From an uncultured Bacteroidota bacterium (GTDB lineage Bacteria; Bacteroidota; Bacteroidia; Bacteroidales; VadinHA17): 64,000 bases of DNA. The notes below the pieces were generated by a model that made no database searches, was not told the DNA's origin, and saw only the letters and a program-made list of their open reading frames with translations. The stretch lies in NCBI GenBank assembly GCA_937864815.1, contig CALMJY010000171.1, forward strand, positions 1,997 through 65,996, in the 5' to 3' direction. How positions within the stretch are numbered: the stretch's first letter is position 1; the number at the start of each line of letters is the position of its first letter. Below, in pieces: positions 55,277 through 63,149 of the stretch. The translations under genes were made by a program, and so were the position numbers.

Positions 55277-56395
55277 TTACACCTTAACAAAAACGTTCTT
55301 TTTATACATGAACCATAGCAGCAGCCATTCCGCAGCTATAATTATAACAGATCCCAGAACTTCTCCGAATCCTCCGAGAGGATTAATTAGCCAGCCGACA
55401 AAAAAGCCGGTTATTGTTCCTACCGGGACTATCCTTCCGAACAGGTAAATAAAAACCGAATTCATGCCTATTATCCTGAAGAAGAATGACCATTTCTGAT
55501 AACCCCAAACGTCAATTATTAAATAGAATATTGCCATCAGAATGAAGCTGATACCCCCTGCCAGAAAATTATATGTAGTTGTCCAGCAGACCTTTATAAT
55601 CGGGTAAACGGGTGAAAGAGCAAGAGCCAGAAGTATTGATACTAATCCGATTCCGGCAAGCATACCAGTCTTGCGATATTCACTGAATGATGAATTCTGA
55701 AGTATCTTCCCGCCGGTAATTCCCATGACAGTAATTCCTATTGCCGACACAACCGACAGTATGCCCAGGGCATCAAATATACCATTGAAATAAGCCAGTC
55801 GGCCCGGCAGATACAATCTGTCGATATAACCATTCATCACCCCTTCAGGTGTAAAAACTCCCGCGCCAACCCCTGGAACCGGAATAAAAAGCTGAAGTAT
55901 TGATACACCCAGCAGAATACCTGCTAACCAGAGGAGAACCGCTTTTATTGATTTTGAACAGATGTAAATTACTGATGCAAAGAAATATGCAATACCTATC
56001 TGACCCAGTACACTTGCATAACGTGCATTCTCAAAACCGTCCTTAAATACACCATTATATAATATTCCAAGAATCACAAGGATGATCATCCTTTTAAATA
56101 TTTTAAACAGAAGCTTTGTCTTTGAGGGATTCTTTGCCAGTGCTGATTTAACAGAATATGGGATCGCAACTCCCGATATGAACATGAATAGCGGAAAAAT
56201 AAGATCATAGAAATGAAATCCGTTCCAGGTCACATGTGTCATCTGAGTATTAAGTGCATCAATCCAGCCGGCATCAGAATTTTCAGCAAGAGCGCTTATG
56301 ACTCCACTCCCACCGATTATCCATAACATATCAAATCCCCTGAGTGCATCAAGAGATAACAGCCTGCCTTTTACTGGTTTAACTGTTTCCTTCAT
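55277..56395 (-). CDS. DUF5009 / HGSNAT-like transmembrane acyltransferase
   Basis: N-terminus [19 protein letters not shown] followed by ~10 TM helices. Confidence 0.65.
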   Translation of the reverse strand: MKETVKPVKGRLLSLDALRGFDMLWIIGGSGVISALAENSDAGWIDALNTQMTHVTWNGFHFYDLIFPLFMFISGVAIPYSVKSALAKNPSKTKLLFKIFKRMIILVILGILYNGVFKDGFENARYASVLGQIGIAYFFASVIYICSKSIKAVLLWLAGILLGVSILQLFIPVPGVGAGVFTPEGVMNGYIDRLYLPGRLAYFNGIFDALGILSVVSAIGITVMGITGGKILQNSSFSEYRKTGMLAGIGLVSILLALALSPVYPIIKVCWTTTYNFLAGGISFILMAIFYLIIDVWGYQKWSFFFRIIGMNSVFIYLFGRIVPVGTITGFFVGWLINPLGGFGEVLGSVIIIAAEWLLLWFMYKKNVFVKV

Positions 56396-57147
56396 TTCAA
56401 TTCAGGTGCAATTTGTTCCGGTGAAGTTACTCCTGCAGGGAGTTCAATGATCTTAATATTGCGGAAATGAATAGGAGCTCCCTCCGATTCGAGGCAGATA
56501 TATCCTTTTTTCTGTGATGCTCCGGCAATTCCGTTGACAAACTTTCCATTTACCGAAAGCTTAACAACGCCATCGACGCAAACCACATCGTAAGTATTCC
56601 ATTCACCTTTGCCCTTACAGCGGTTTTCAATCGATTTGCTCCTGGTACCTCTGGGATTATCAGGAACTGTTGTTACTCCTCCCACTCCAAACAATTCACC
56701 ATGCACATATGCAACAGGAGGTGTGACACCATCTCTTTTATTCAGGTTGACCCATTCCAGTTCAAGCATCTGGACCTCGACTCCATTTGGCAGATTACCT
56801 CCTTCAGGAGGTGTGGCATTGCTCCATACAAAGGTACCTGAATTACCACCCGCTTCCATATGCATCCATTCAATATGCAGTATGAAATTTTCATATTGTT
56901 TTTCAGACCGCATTACACCAATAGGTTTACCTGTGCAGATAAGCAGGTCCTTTTCCACATGCCAGGTATCGGGAGCGGTATTAACATTCTTCCAAAGCAG
57001 GGGTAATTCTTTTTCTTTGGATTTAAAAAGAGCCCTGTCAAGCGAAGATGATTTTCCGAATGAGATCAGAGCTTCCTGTGCTTGTGCAAAGGAAAATGTA
57101 ACAAATGTTACAAATGTCAGCATTAGTATTTTTCCGGGATTTGACAT
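56392..57147 (-). CDS. DUF1080 (3-keto-disaccharide hydrolase-like) secreted protein
   Basis: It has a signal peptide and ..[24 protein letters not shown].. with C-terminal [11 protein letters not shown], typical of DUF1080. It overlaps the downstream gene by 4 nt. Confidence 0.65.
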   Translation of the reverse strand: MSNPGKILMLTFVTFVTFSFAQAQEALISFGKSSSLDRALFKSKEKELPLLWKNVNTAPDTWHVEKDLLICTGKPIGVMRSEKQYENFILHIEWMHMEAGGNSGTFVWSNATPPEGGNLPNGVEVQMLELEWVNLNKRDGVTPPVAYVHGELFGVGGVTTVPDNPRGTRSKSIENRCKGKGEWNTYDVVCVDGVVKLSVNGKFVNGIAGASQKKGYICLESEGAPIHFRNIKIIELPAGVTSPEQIAPELK

Positions 57148-57202
57148 TTTGAGGATAGTTTAAGTTTAATTATCAAATATAATATAAAACTATTACGAAA
57201 TC

Positions 57203-57270
57203 GATGGCGCCAATTTGCAATTGGTGCCTTGAAAAAAGGCACGGATTACGCTTCGCTAAATCCGCGCCAG
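57203..57270 (+). repeat. four-way-junction (cloverleaf-like) element, copy 2
   Basis: Core 57205-57269 has the same four stems. The 9-nt loop is TTGAAAAAA here, versus ATAGAATCA (the reverse complement of TGATTCTAT) in copy 1. Confidence 0.9.
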
Positions 57271-57290
57271 CGAATAACTCGTATTTCTTA

Positions 57291-57330
57291 ACAGTGTAAC
57301 TCTGTGATAACTCCGTGTAACTGTGTTAAA
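57291..57330. repeat. CTCTGTG-type element (related to 41487-41512)
   Basis: AACTCTGTGATAACTCCGTGTAACTGTGTTAAAAAATAA shares AACTCTGTGAT..GTG..TAAAAAATAA with the 41.4-kb element. Confidence 0.5.
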
Positions 57331-57337
57331 AAATAAA

Positions 57338-58360
57338 TTACCTGAAATTCCGTGCAGTTTCAATCATCGTCTTTAGATTAACAGATGGTGTTGTCGGAGG
57401 AATAGCACATCCGGCATTGAGGATGAAGCGGTTTGAGTTTTTATAAACTTCAAGCAGTTCCAGTGTCTTTCTCCTAACGTCTTCAACTGTTCCCAGAGCC
57501 AGGACTCCACTCGGATCAATATTACCGATAAGTGTTGCTGAATCGTGAAACATATTATAAATCAAATTGATATCTGTTTTATAATCAAGGTCATAGGCAT
57601 CAGCACCAATCTTCTTTATATGTTCAAGAATTACTTCAGTGTTCCCGCAGATATGCATAGTGTAAGCTTTTCCAAGACTGTGTGCAAGATCAACTATCCT
57701 TTTTTCATAAGGCATGGCATATTTTTCAAACATATCTGCAGAGATCATCTCCGGTCCTGCGGGGCTGTCACCATTGGAAACCATATCGCATCCCGTTTGT
57801 GACATCAGTGTTATGAACTGTGATGTTGCATCAGTGCAATATTCCAGCAAACAGGTAATCTGTTCCTCTGTTCCCATCATAAGGTCGAGCATCCATGGCT
57901 GGGCACCTCTCATCATGCTGGCCAGGGAAAAAGGCGCCTGGTCACAATTGCCCCGGATATAAATCTCATCCTTATAATAGTCTTTAAGCATTCTGACTGC
58001 CTCTAGCCATACCTGGATATATTTATAATCACCTACCCTTGCAGGTTTAAGCTTAAAAACATCATCAAGATCAACTATGTTACCGTCATGGGAACGGGCA
58101 GCATCATCAACAGGAAAATCCACCTTTACACCCACTGCTCCTGCCAGTGTAACTGTATCAATATCAACAAGTATTCCGTCATATTGATATTTCTCCACTG
58201 CTGAAATAAATGTCTCTGCAATCACCTTCGGACTGTTACGGTACTGCTCCATTGTCACTCCATGTTCCCGTGCTGCCATCAAGAAATTATGAAGCATTAC
58301 AGGTACTTTATCAGGTTTTTCGCCTTTCAGCGCTGCGCAAATTCTTTCATATCCATTCAT
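57338..58360 (-). CDS. URO-D-fold protein of the MtaA/CmuA (methylcobamide methyltransferase, MT2) type
   Basis: It has URO-D family layout. It retains H-x-C (MHICGN) and a C-terminal Cys (NAGCAIP), matching the positions of the MT2 zinc ligands. Confidence 0.65.
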   Translation of the reverse strand: MNGYERICAALKGEKPDKVPVMLHNFLMAAREHGVTMEQYRNSPKVIAETFISAVEKYQYDGILVDIDTVTLAGAVGVKVDFPVDDAARSHDGNIVDLDDVFKLKPARVGDYKYIQVWLEAVRMLKDYYKDEIYIRGNCDQAPFSLASMMRGAQPWMLDLMMGTEEQITCLLEYCTDATSQFITLMSQTGCDMVSNGDSPAGPEMISADMFEKYAMPYEKRIVDLAHSLGKAYTMHICGNTEVILEHIKKIGADAYDLDYKTDINLIYNMFHDSATLIGNIDPSGVLALGTVEDVRRKTLELLEVYKNSNRFILNAGCAIPPTTPSVNLKTMIETARNFR

Positions 58361-58377
58361 AATATGTTAGGTTATAT

Positions 58378-58424
58378 GGTTCGACGGTTCGACGGTTCGA
58401 TGGTTCGATGGTTAGAGATTCGAC
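58378..58424. repeat. octamer array H7: (GGTTCGAY)x4 + 2 degenerate units
   Basis: Period-8 units begin 18 nt upstream of start codon 58360. Confidence 0.85.
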
Positions 58425-58439
58425 GTTTTGGTGGTTTCG

Positions 58440-58466
58440 AAAACAGGATTCCCCCTTTGAAGGGGG
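58440..58466 (-). terminator. possible hairpin terminator/attenuator after CDS 58491..59591
   Basis: The minus strand reads CCCCCTT-CA-AAGGGGG followed by AATCCTGTTTTCG. The U tract is weak. Confidence 0.3.
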
Positions 58467-58490
58467 CAGGGGGATGTTTTTTCATGAAAT

Positions 58491-59591
58491 TCAATATCTA
58501 CCAAATTCATTAACAAGATCTGCTACTCTTTTAACTCTTCTTTCCATTCCATCCGGAGGGACCTGATCAGCTACCCCGAGAACAAAACGGGGTTTCATTC
58601 TCATAATTTCAAGCAGGTATTTAACATGTCTGTCAAATTCTTCATCATCAACACAATCTGTGAAATATGATCCGGGTATACCACCCCATAGTATGCTGTT
58701 TGAATCACCAACAAAAGCTTCAAGCTCCTCCCATTTCATGTCTCCGACCGGATGGGGTGTCAGAGCCTCAAGGACAGAAAATCCAACTTCAGCTTCATGT
58801 TTAAGCAGCCCGGCAAGTGTGCCATCAATATGAATAAAAGAGTACTTACCTGCTTCCCTGATCTTTGTTGTCCATTCCCTCTGGTAATCATACATATACA
58901 ATTTAAAAAGATCAGGACCAACCATTTCTGATGAAAGGTTTTCAGGTATCATGAGCACCTCTGCCGGACTGTCAACTGCTATCTGTGCAGCATGATCAAA
59001 AACCTTCTTCATGGTTTTCAGGAGATCAGAAAACTCGTCAGGAGCAGTGAGGGCAGCCATTGTTACAGCCATAACACCCGCTTCGAGAGCAAGAAGATGC
59101 ATGAATGGGCTCTTGGGCAGATAACAGAGAACAACACCCTGATCGCCAACCTGTTTCTTACGAAGATTGGCCTGGTGGTAATCAGGTTCAAACCTTGTAT
59201 TCTCATAGATAAACTTCATAACCGGTATCTCGGCTTCCGATTTCATGAAATGCTCAACAGGTGCATCACAAAATGAATTTGGTACGTATTCCCAGCACTC
59301 CCTGACCGATCCAAGTGGTGTTTCTATCTCCTTATAATGTCTGTTCCCTTCCCACCAGTCTCTTATGTTGCAATTGGTAATGATCTGTTTATAAGGGAAA
59401 TATCCCTGCAGGTAAAAACCGACCCCGAGGTCCTTATGCCACTTAATATAATCATCTGACAATATGAAGTCCTTTGGTTTCAATCCTCTTTTTACAAGGG
59501 AATTTGCCCAGTAATCGAGATCTCCGAACCAGGGAACCCGGTCGGGTTGGTTTCCTTTAAGTATTGCCAATAATCTTTCCCTGTGTGTCAT
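58491..59591 (-). CDS. URO-D family protein (paralog 2, H-x-D variant)
   Basis: N-terminus MTHRERLLAILKGNQPDRVP, as in the family. The metal-site position reads HIDG, and there is no C-terminal Cys. Confidence 0.6.
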   Translation of the reverse strand: MTHRERLLAILKGNQPDRVPWFGDLDYWANSLVKRGLKPKDFILSDDYIKWHKDLGVGFYLQGYFPYKQIITNCNIRDWWEGNRHYKEIETPLGSVRECWEYVPNSFCDAPVEHFMKSEAEIPVMKFIYENTRFEPDYHQANLRKKQVGDQGVVLCYLPKSPFMHLLALEAGVMAVTMAALTAPDEFSDLLKTMKKVFDHAAQIAVDSPAEVLMIPENLSSEMVGPDLFKLYMYDYQREWTTKIREAGKYSFIHIDGTLAGLLKHEAEVGFSVLEALTPHPVGDMKWEELEAFVGDSNSILWGGIPGSYFTDCVDDEEFDRHVKYLLEIMRMKPRFVLGVADQVPPDGMERRVKRVADLVNEFGRY

Positions 59592-59626
59592 ATTAGTCTT
59601 GCGGTCGTTCAGTAATGTGTCTTCTT

Positions 59627-59668
59627 CCCTGAGCCCTGAGCCCTGAGCCCTGAGTCGTGCGTCGTGCG
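59627..59668. repeat. heptamer arrays H8: (CCCTGAG)x4 + (TCGTGCG)x2
   Basis: Perfect period-7 units fill the 78-nt gap between the sugar-porter stop and the URO-D start. The unit pair is the same as in H1. Confidence 0.9.
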
Positions 59669-59669
59669 C

Positions 59670-61022
59670 CTAATATAATACCTCTTTCTCAATCTGCTCA
59701 AGTGATTTGCCTTTTGTCTCTATCAGGTATTTATTAACAAAGAGGAATCCCAAAAAAGTAAAAGCCGAGAAAAAGATAAAGGCAAAGCTCATTCCTGTCT
59801 GCCGGGCTTCCTGGGTTGTACCAAAAAAGCCGATAACGACAGGAAAGAAAAAGTTGAGTGTTGCATTCACCACCCAGTTTGCAGAAGAACCTAAAGATGC
59901 TCCTCTTGCCCGTATTATATTCGGAAACATTTCGGACAAAAGAACCCAGATTACTACACCCATGGAAGAAGCAAAGAACGCAATATAGGCAACAAGAAGA
60001 GCAACCAGCCACAGACCTCCGATATTCCCTGAAAGCAGGCCGTACCCGAATAATCCAAGCACTGTAACCATTCCCAACAGACCTACAAGCAATAATTTCT
60101 TCCGTCCCACCTTATCTATTACAGACATTGCCAGCAGTGTGAAGATAAGGTTAGTCACACCAAGTATTACACTCTGGAGCATTGATGTATCGCTCGAAAA
60201 GCCTGCAATACTGAAAATCTGTGCTGAATAATAAAATACCACTGCTATACCTGTAAGCTGGCTGAATATTGCTACAAATATTCCTATCAGTATAATCCGG
60301 CGATAAGGCCGTTTGAACAGGTTAACCTGCTTACCCGCATTCTCTATATTTATTGATTCCTCTATTTCTTTCAGCGTCTGTTCTGTATCGATTTCATGCA
60401 TTGAGAGTTCCTCAATGTTTTTTCTGGCTTCGTCTGTTCTCCCTTTTTTGACAAGCCAGCGGGGACTTTTCCGGATGAAGAAAAGCATAATAAAAAAGGC
60501 AACTGCAGGCAAGGCTCCGCTAAACAGCATCCAGCGCCAGTTATTTTCCCCGACATTAAGGAGAAGATAGTTTGAAATAAGTGATAGCAGAATACCAGAT
60601 ACTATAGCCAGCTGAAATGTGGATGCCAGCAAACCCCTGTGTTTAGGCGGAGAGATCTCGGATATATACACCGGACAAAGTACAGATGCACCTCCGATGG
60701 CCAGGCCTCCTATAAAACGGAAAAGGATAAAGGCATCAATGGTTGGTGCCAGACCACAACCGACAGAAGAGACAAAGAACAGAACAGCCAGAAGCTGCAG
60801 CAGGCGCTGAGCCCCAAAAATATCACCGGGTTTACCTATGAGTATTGTTCCGAGTATGCATCCGACAAGTGCCGAACTTACTGTCCAGCCCTGGATTGCC
60901 GGAGTCAGATCAAAGTATTTGACCAGATCGAGCATTGCCCCGTTTATGATCACTGTATCGTATCCGAAAAGTAATCCCCCAAGTGCTGAGGCAATTGTGC
61001 ATCTTATAAGTATTTTATTCAT
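59670..61022 (-). CDS. MFS sugar porter (sugar:H+ symporter family)
   Basis: Motifs LGGLLFGYDT, GRKKLLLVG and KSPRWLVKKGR (the PESPRWL-like motif), with 12 TM helices. Confidence 0.88.
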   Translation of the reverse strand: MNKILIRCTIASALGGLLFGYDTVIINGAMLDLVKYFDLTPAIQGWTVSSALVGCILGTILIGKPGDIFGAQRLLQLLAVLFFVSSVGCGLAPTIDAFILFRFIGGLAIGGASVLCPVYISEISPPKHRGLLASTFQLAIVSGILLSLISNYLLLNVGENNWRWMLFSGALPAVAFFIMLFFIRKSPRWLVKKGRTDEARKNIEELSMHEIDTEQTLKEIEESINIENAGKQVNLFKRPYRRIILIGIFVAIFSQLTGIAVVFYYSAQIFSIAGFSSDTSMLQSVILGVTNLIFTLLAMSVIDKVGRKKLLLVGLLGMVTVLGLFGYGLLSGNIGGLWLVALLVAYIAFFASSMGVVIWVLLSEMFPNIIRARGASLGSSANWVVNATLNFFFPVVIGFFGTTQEARQTGMSFAFIFFSAFTFLGFLFVNKYLIETKGKSLEQIEKEVLY

Positions 61023-61082
61023 ATTCAGGCATATTCAAAGCAATCCAGAAATCCGCTCCAGTAAATAATACTTCATAAAATT

Positions 61083-61153
61083 CACCCCTAAATCCCCCAG
61101 GGGGGACTTGAAATCAATCCTAAAAACAAGCCCCCCTTGGGGGGTTTGGGGGT
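61083..61153 (+). repeat. family-A element, copy A7
   Basis: Both arms are perfect, with centre GAAATCAATCCTAAAAAC. Confidence 0.9.
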
Positions 61154-61266
61154 AAAATCAACTAAGAGCATATATTTCCTTAAAGTAAAAATAACTATTT
61201 AACTCAGATTTTAATATTTATCTTTATAATCATAGATAATATTATTGAAAAGTAATAACTACTCTA

Positions 61267-63081
61267 ATGGAACGAAGAAACTTCATCAAAACAGCCGGCT
61301 ATTCTGCTGCTGCAACTGTTATCACTCCCGGCATAGTGGAAAATTCAATTCCGGATAAATACAGCATTGTTTCACTTCAAACGGAGGCATATAACAGCAC
61401 GGTTAAGGTTACTGATAATAAGATAGTTATTGATACAAAATCTCTATCGGCTGCTATCGAGAAAGGGATCATCACTTCATTGAAAGATAAAAAAACAGGA
61501 GAAGAATTCATTGAAAAACCTGACACCTCAAACTTCCGGGCACTTCAATTATTGTACAGGAATAATGAACTGATCAATATCAATGAAGAGAAGTTTGGAA
61601 GCACTATTACACGGCAGCTTTCAGATAAAAAAGCCGAAATAATATTCAACAGTTGGGAAGGAGATGGTGTTTTGTCAGTATCAGTTGATGATCTGACAGG
61701 TGATCTGCTTATTGAACCTTCAGCCTATTCATCAAGGCCCGGAGTAATGGCATGTCGCTGGAACATATCGGGAATAAAACCTGCACTAGAGCTGGTTGCT
61801 CCTTTATTCCAGGGCATAAAGCTTAAGCTCGATGATCCTCTTATAAAGAACAACAGATGGAAATGGCCATCAGACTGGGAAGCAGGTATGGCTATACTGC
61901 AATCGAAAGACGGAGGGTTCTGGATACATGCCCGGGATACCAGGTACAGATTCAAGGCGCTGCAGACAGGGACTTCTTCTGATGCATTTGTAATTGGTCT
62001 TGAGAGTGAAGCATATGGTCCTTTGGATGACAATCTCAGTGCCGGGGGAATCTGCTGGCGCATAAACACATACAGGGGAGACTGGAAAGTTCCGGCTGAA
62101 AAATACAGGCAGTGGTACTGGCAGGCATATAATCTTGAAGCAGAAGAAAGTAAACGTCAGCCATGGATTAACGATGTGAAATTTGCGGTATCCTGGTGCC
62201 CTGGAAAACCTGAGATCCTTGATGCCCTGGCAAAAAGGATTTCGCCAAAGAAAGTGCTTCTGCATTTTTCAGACTGGAGAACAGACGGATATGATGAGAA
62301 CTACCCTGACTATTTTGCAAGTGAAAGTGCAAAAGTCTTTATTAAAAAAGGCAATGAAATGGGATTTCATGTGATGCCGCATTTCAACTCAATCGATATG
62401 GATCCATCCAATCCTGTTTATGCCCAGGTCCGCGATTTTCCATACAGATCGGTTGAAACGAAACAATTGCAGGGTTGGAGCTGGTATAACGGCAAAGTTA
62501 TCGGGGTTCCGGAATCCAATTTAAACCGACTGAACAATCGTGATAAGAAAGTAATGGTAAAAATCCATCCAGGACTCAGCATGTGGCGTTCCATACTCGG
62601 GGAAAGAATACTCAGCGCTTCTGACAGCCTTATGCTTAATACAGTGTTCATTGATGTAACACTTTGTATCTGGAATATTCATAACTGCATAGTAGAAACT
62701 ATGGCTCCTACTGAAGGGATGAATAAACTTATCAGGCACGTCTCAGAACTGGGAAAGGGCCTTGCCGTTGGAGGTGAGGGGCTGAACGAAATTACTGCCC
62801 AGGGATTATCATTTGCCCAGGTACATCTTTTCAAAAGCTGGCAAAGCTCCACAGCCGGACTGGAGAGAGCCGGCAAATGCAATCTTAATGAAATACTCTT
62901 TGGAAAACTATGCAAAACCTTTGGCTACTCAAGCCTCGGAGGAAGGACTAAAGATGAAGAGCTCAGGATGCAGATACACCTTGACCATGGAGCTGTCCCA
63001 ACTGTTACAATAAGGTCGGCTGATGAAATTACAAATCCCAATCCTGCTGTGAAGAAGATGCTTGAGTTGGGGAATGGATAG
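61267..63081 (+). CDS. exported (Tat-type signal) protein of unknown function, possibly glycosidase-like
   Basis: N-terminus MERRNFIKTAGYSAAATV, 604 aa. I cannot assign a family from memory. Confidence 0.6.
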   Translation: MERRNFIKTAGYSAAATVITPGIVENSIPDKYSIVSLQTEAYNSTVKVTDNKIVIDTKSLSAAIEKGIITSLKDKKTGEEFIEKPDTSNFRALQLLYRNNELININEEKFGSTITRQLSDKKAEIIFNSWEGDGVLSVSVDDLTGDLLIEPSAYSSRPGVMACRWNISGIKPALELVAPLFQGIKLKLDDPLIKNNRWKWPSDWEAGMAILQSKDGGFWIHARDTRYRFKALQTGTSSDAFVIGLESEAYGPLDDNLSAGGICWRINTYRGDWKVPAEKYRQWYWQAYNLEAEESKRQPWINDVKFAVSWCPGKPEILDALAKRISPKKVLLHFSDWRTDGYDENYPDYFASESAKVFIKKGNEMGFHVMPHFNSIDMDPSNPVYAQVRDFPYRSVETKQLQGWSWYNGKVIGVPESNLNRLNNRDKKVMVKIHPGLSMWRSILGERILSASDSLMLNTVFIDVTLCIWNIHNCIVETMAPTEGMNKLIRHVSELGKGLAVGGEGLNEITAQGLSFAQVHLFKSWQSSTAGLERAGKCNLNEILFGKLCKTFGYSSLGGRTKDEELRMQIHLDHGAVPTVTIRSADEITNPNPAVKKMLELGNG

Positions 63082-63149
63082 ACCCCCAACCCCCCAAGGG
63101 GGGCTTGTTTTAAGATGGATTTCAAGTCCCCCCTGGGGGATTTAGGGGT
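63082..63149 (-). repeat. family-A element, copy A8 (reverse orientation)
   Basis: It is the reverse complement of the canonical element, with centre GAAATCCATCTTAAAAC (canonical reading). It is wedged between two convergent stop codons. Confidence 0.9.

Noticed and set aside
53607-57291. A 9-nt direct repeat ATTTCTTAA (53607-53615 and 57283-57291) as a target-site duplication of the cassette bracketed by the four-way-junction elements.
   Set aside because: The left copy abuts the element, but the right copy is 12 nt away from it. The sequence is AT-rich and could match by chance, and there is no symmetric extension of the inverted repeat.
58378-58424. GGTTCGA repeats as a tRNA or tRNA fragment, and the cloverleaf-like elements at 53618-53682 / 57205-57269 as tRNAs.
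   Set aside because: The octamers are a plain tandem array with no acceptor or anticodon arms. The cloverleaf has loops of 11, 9 and 3 nt, no linker nucleotides, no T-loop or D-loop consensus and no discriminator/CCA context.
8131-63149. Whether family A is a CRISPR array or integron attC sites.
   Set aside because: It is not CRISPR because the copies are dispersed kilobases apart, each is an inverted repeat, and no cas genes are present. It is not attC because there are no RYYYAAC/GTTRRRY cores, orientation is mixed, the bracketed genes have their own context, and no intI is present.
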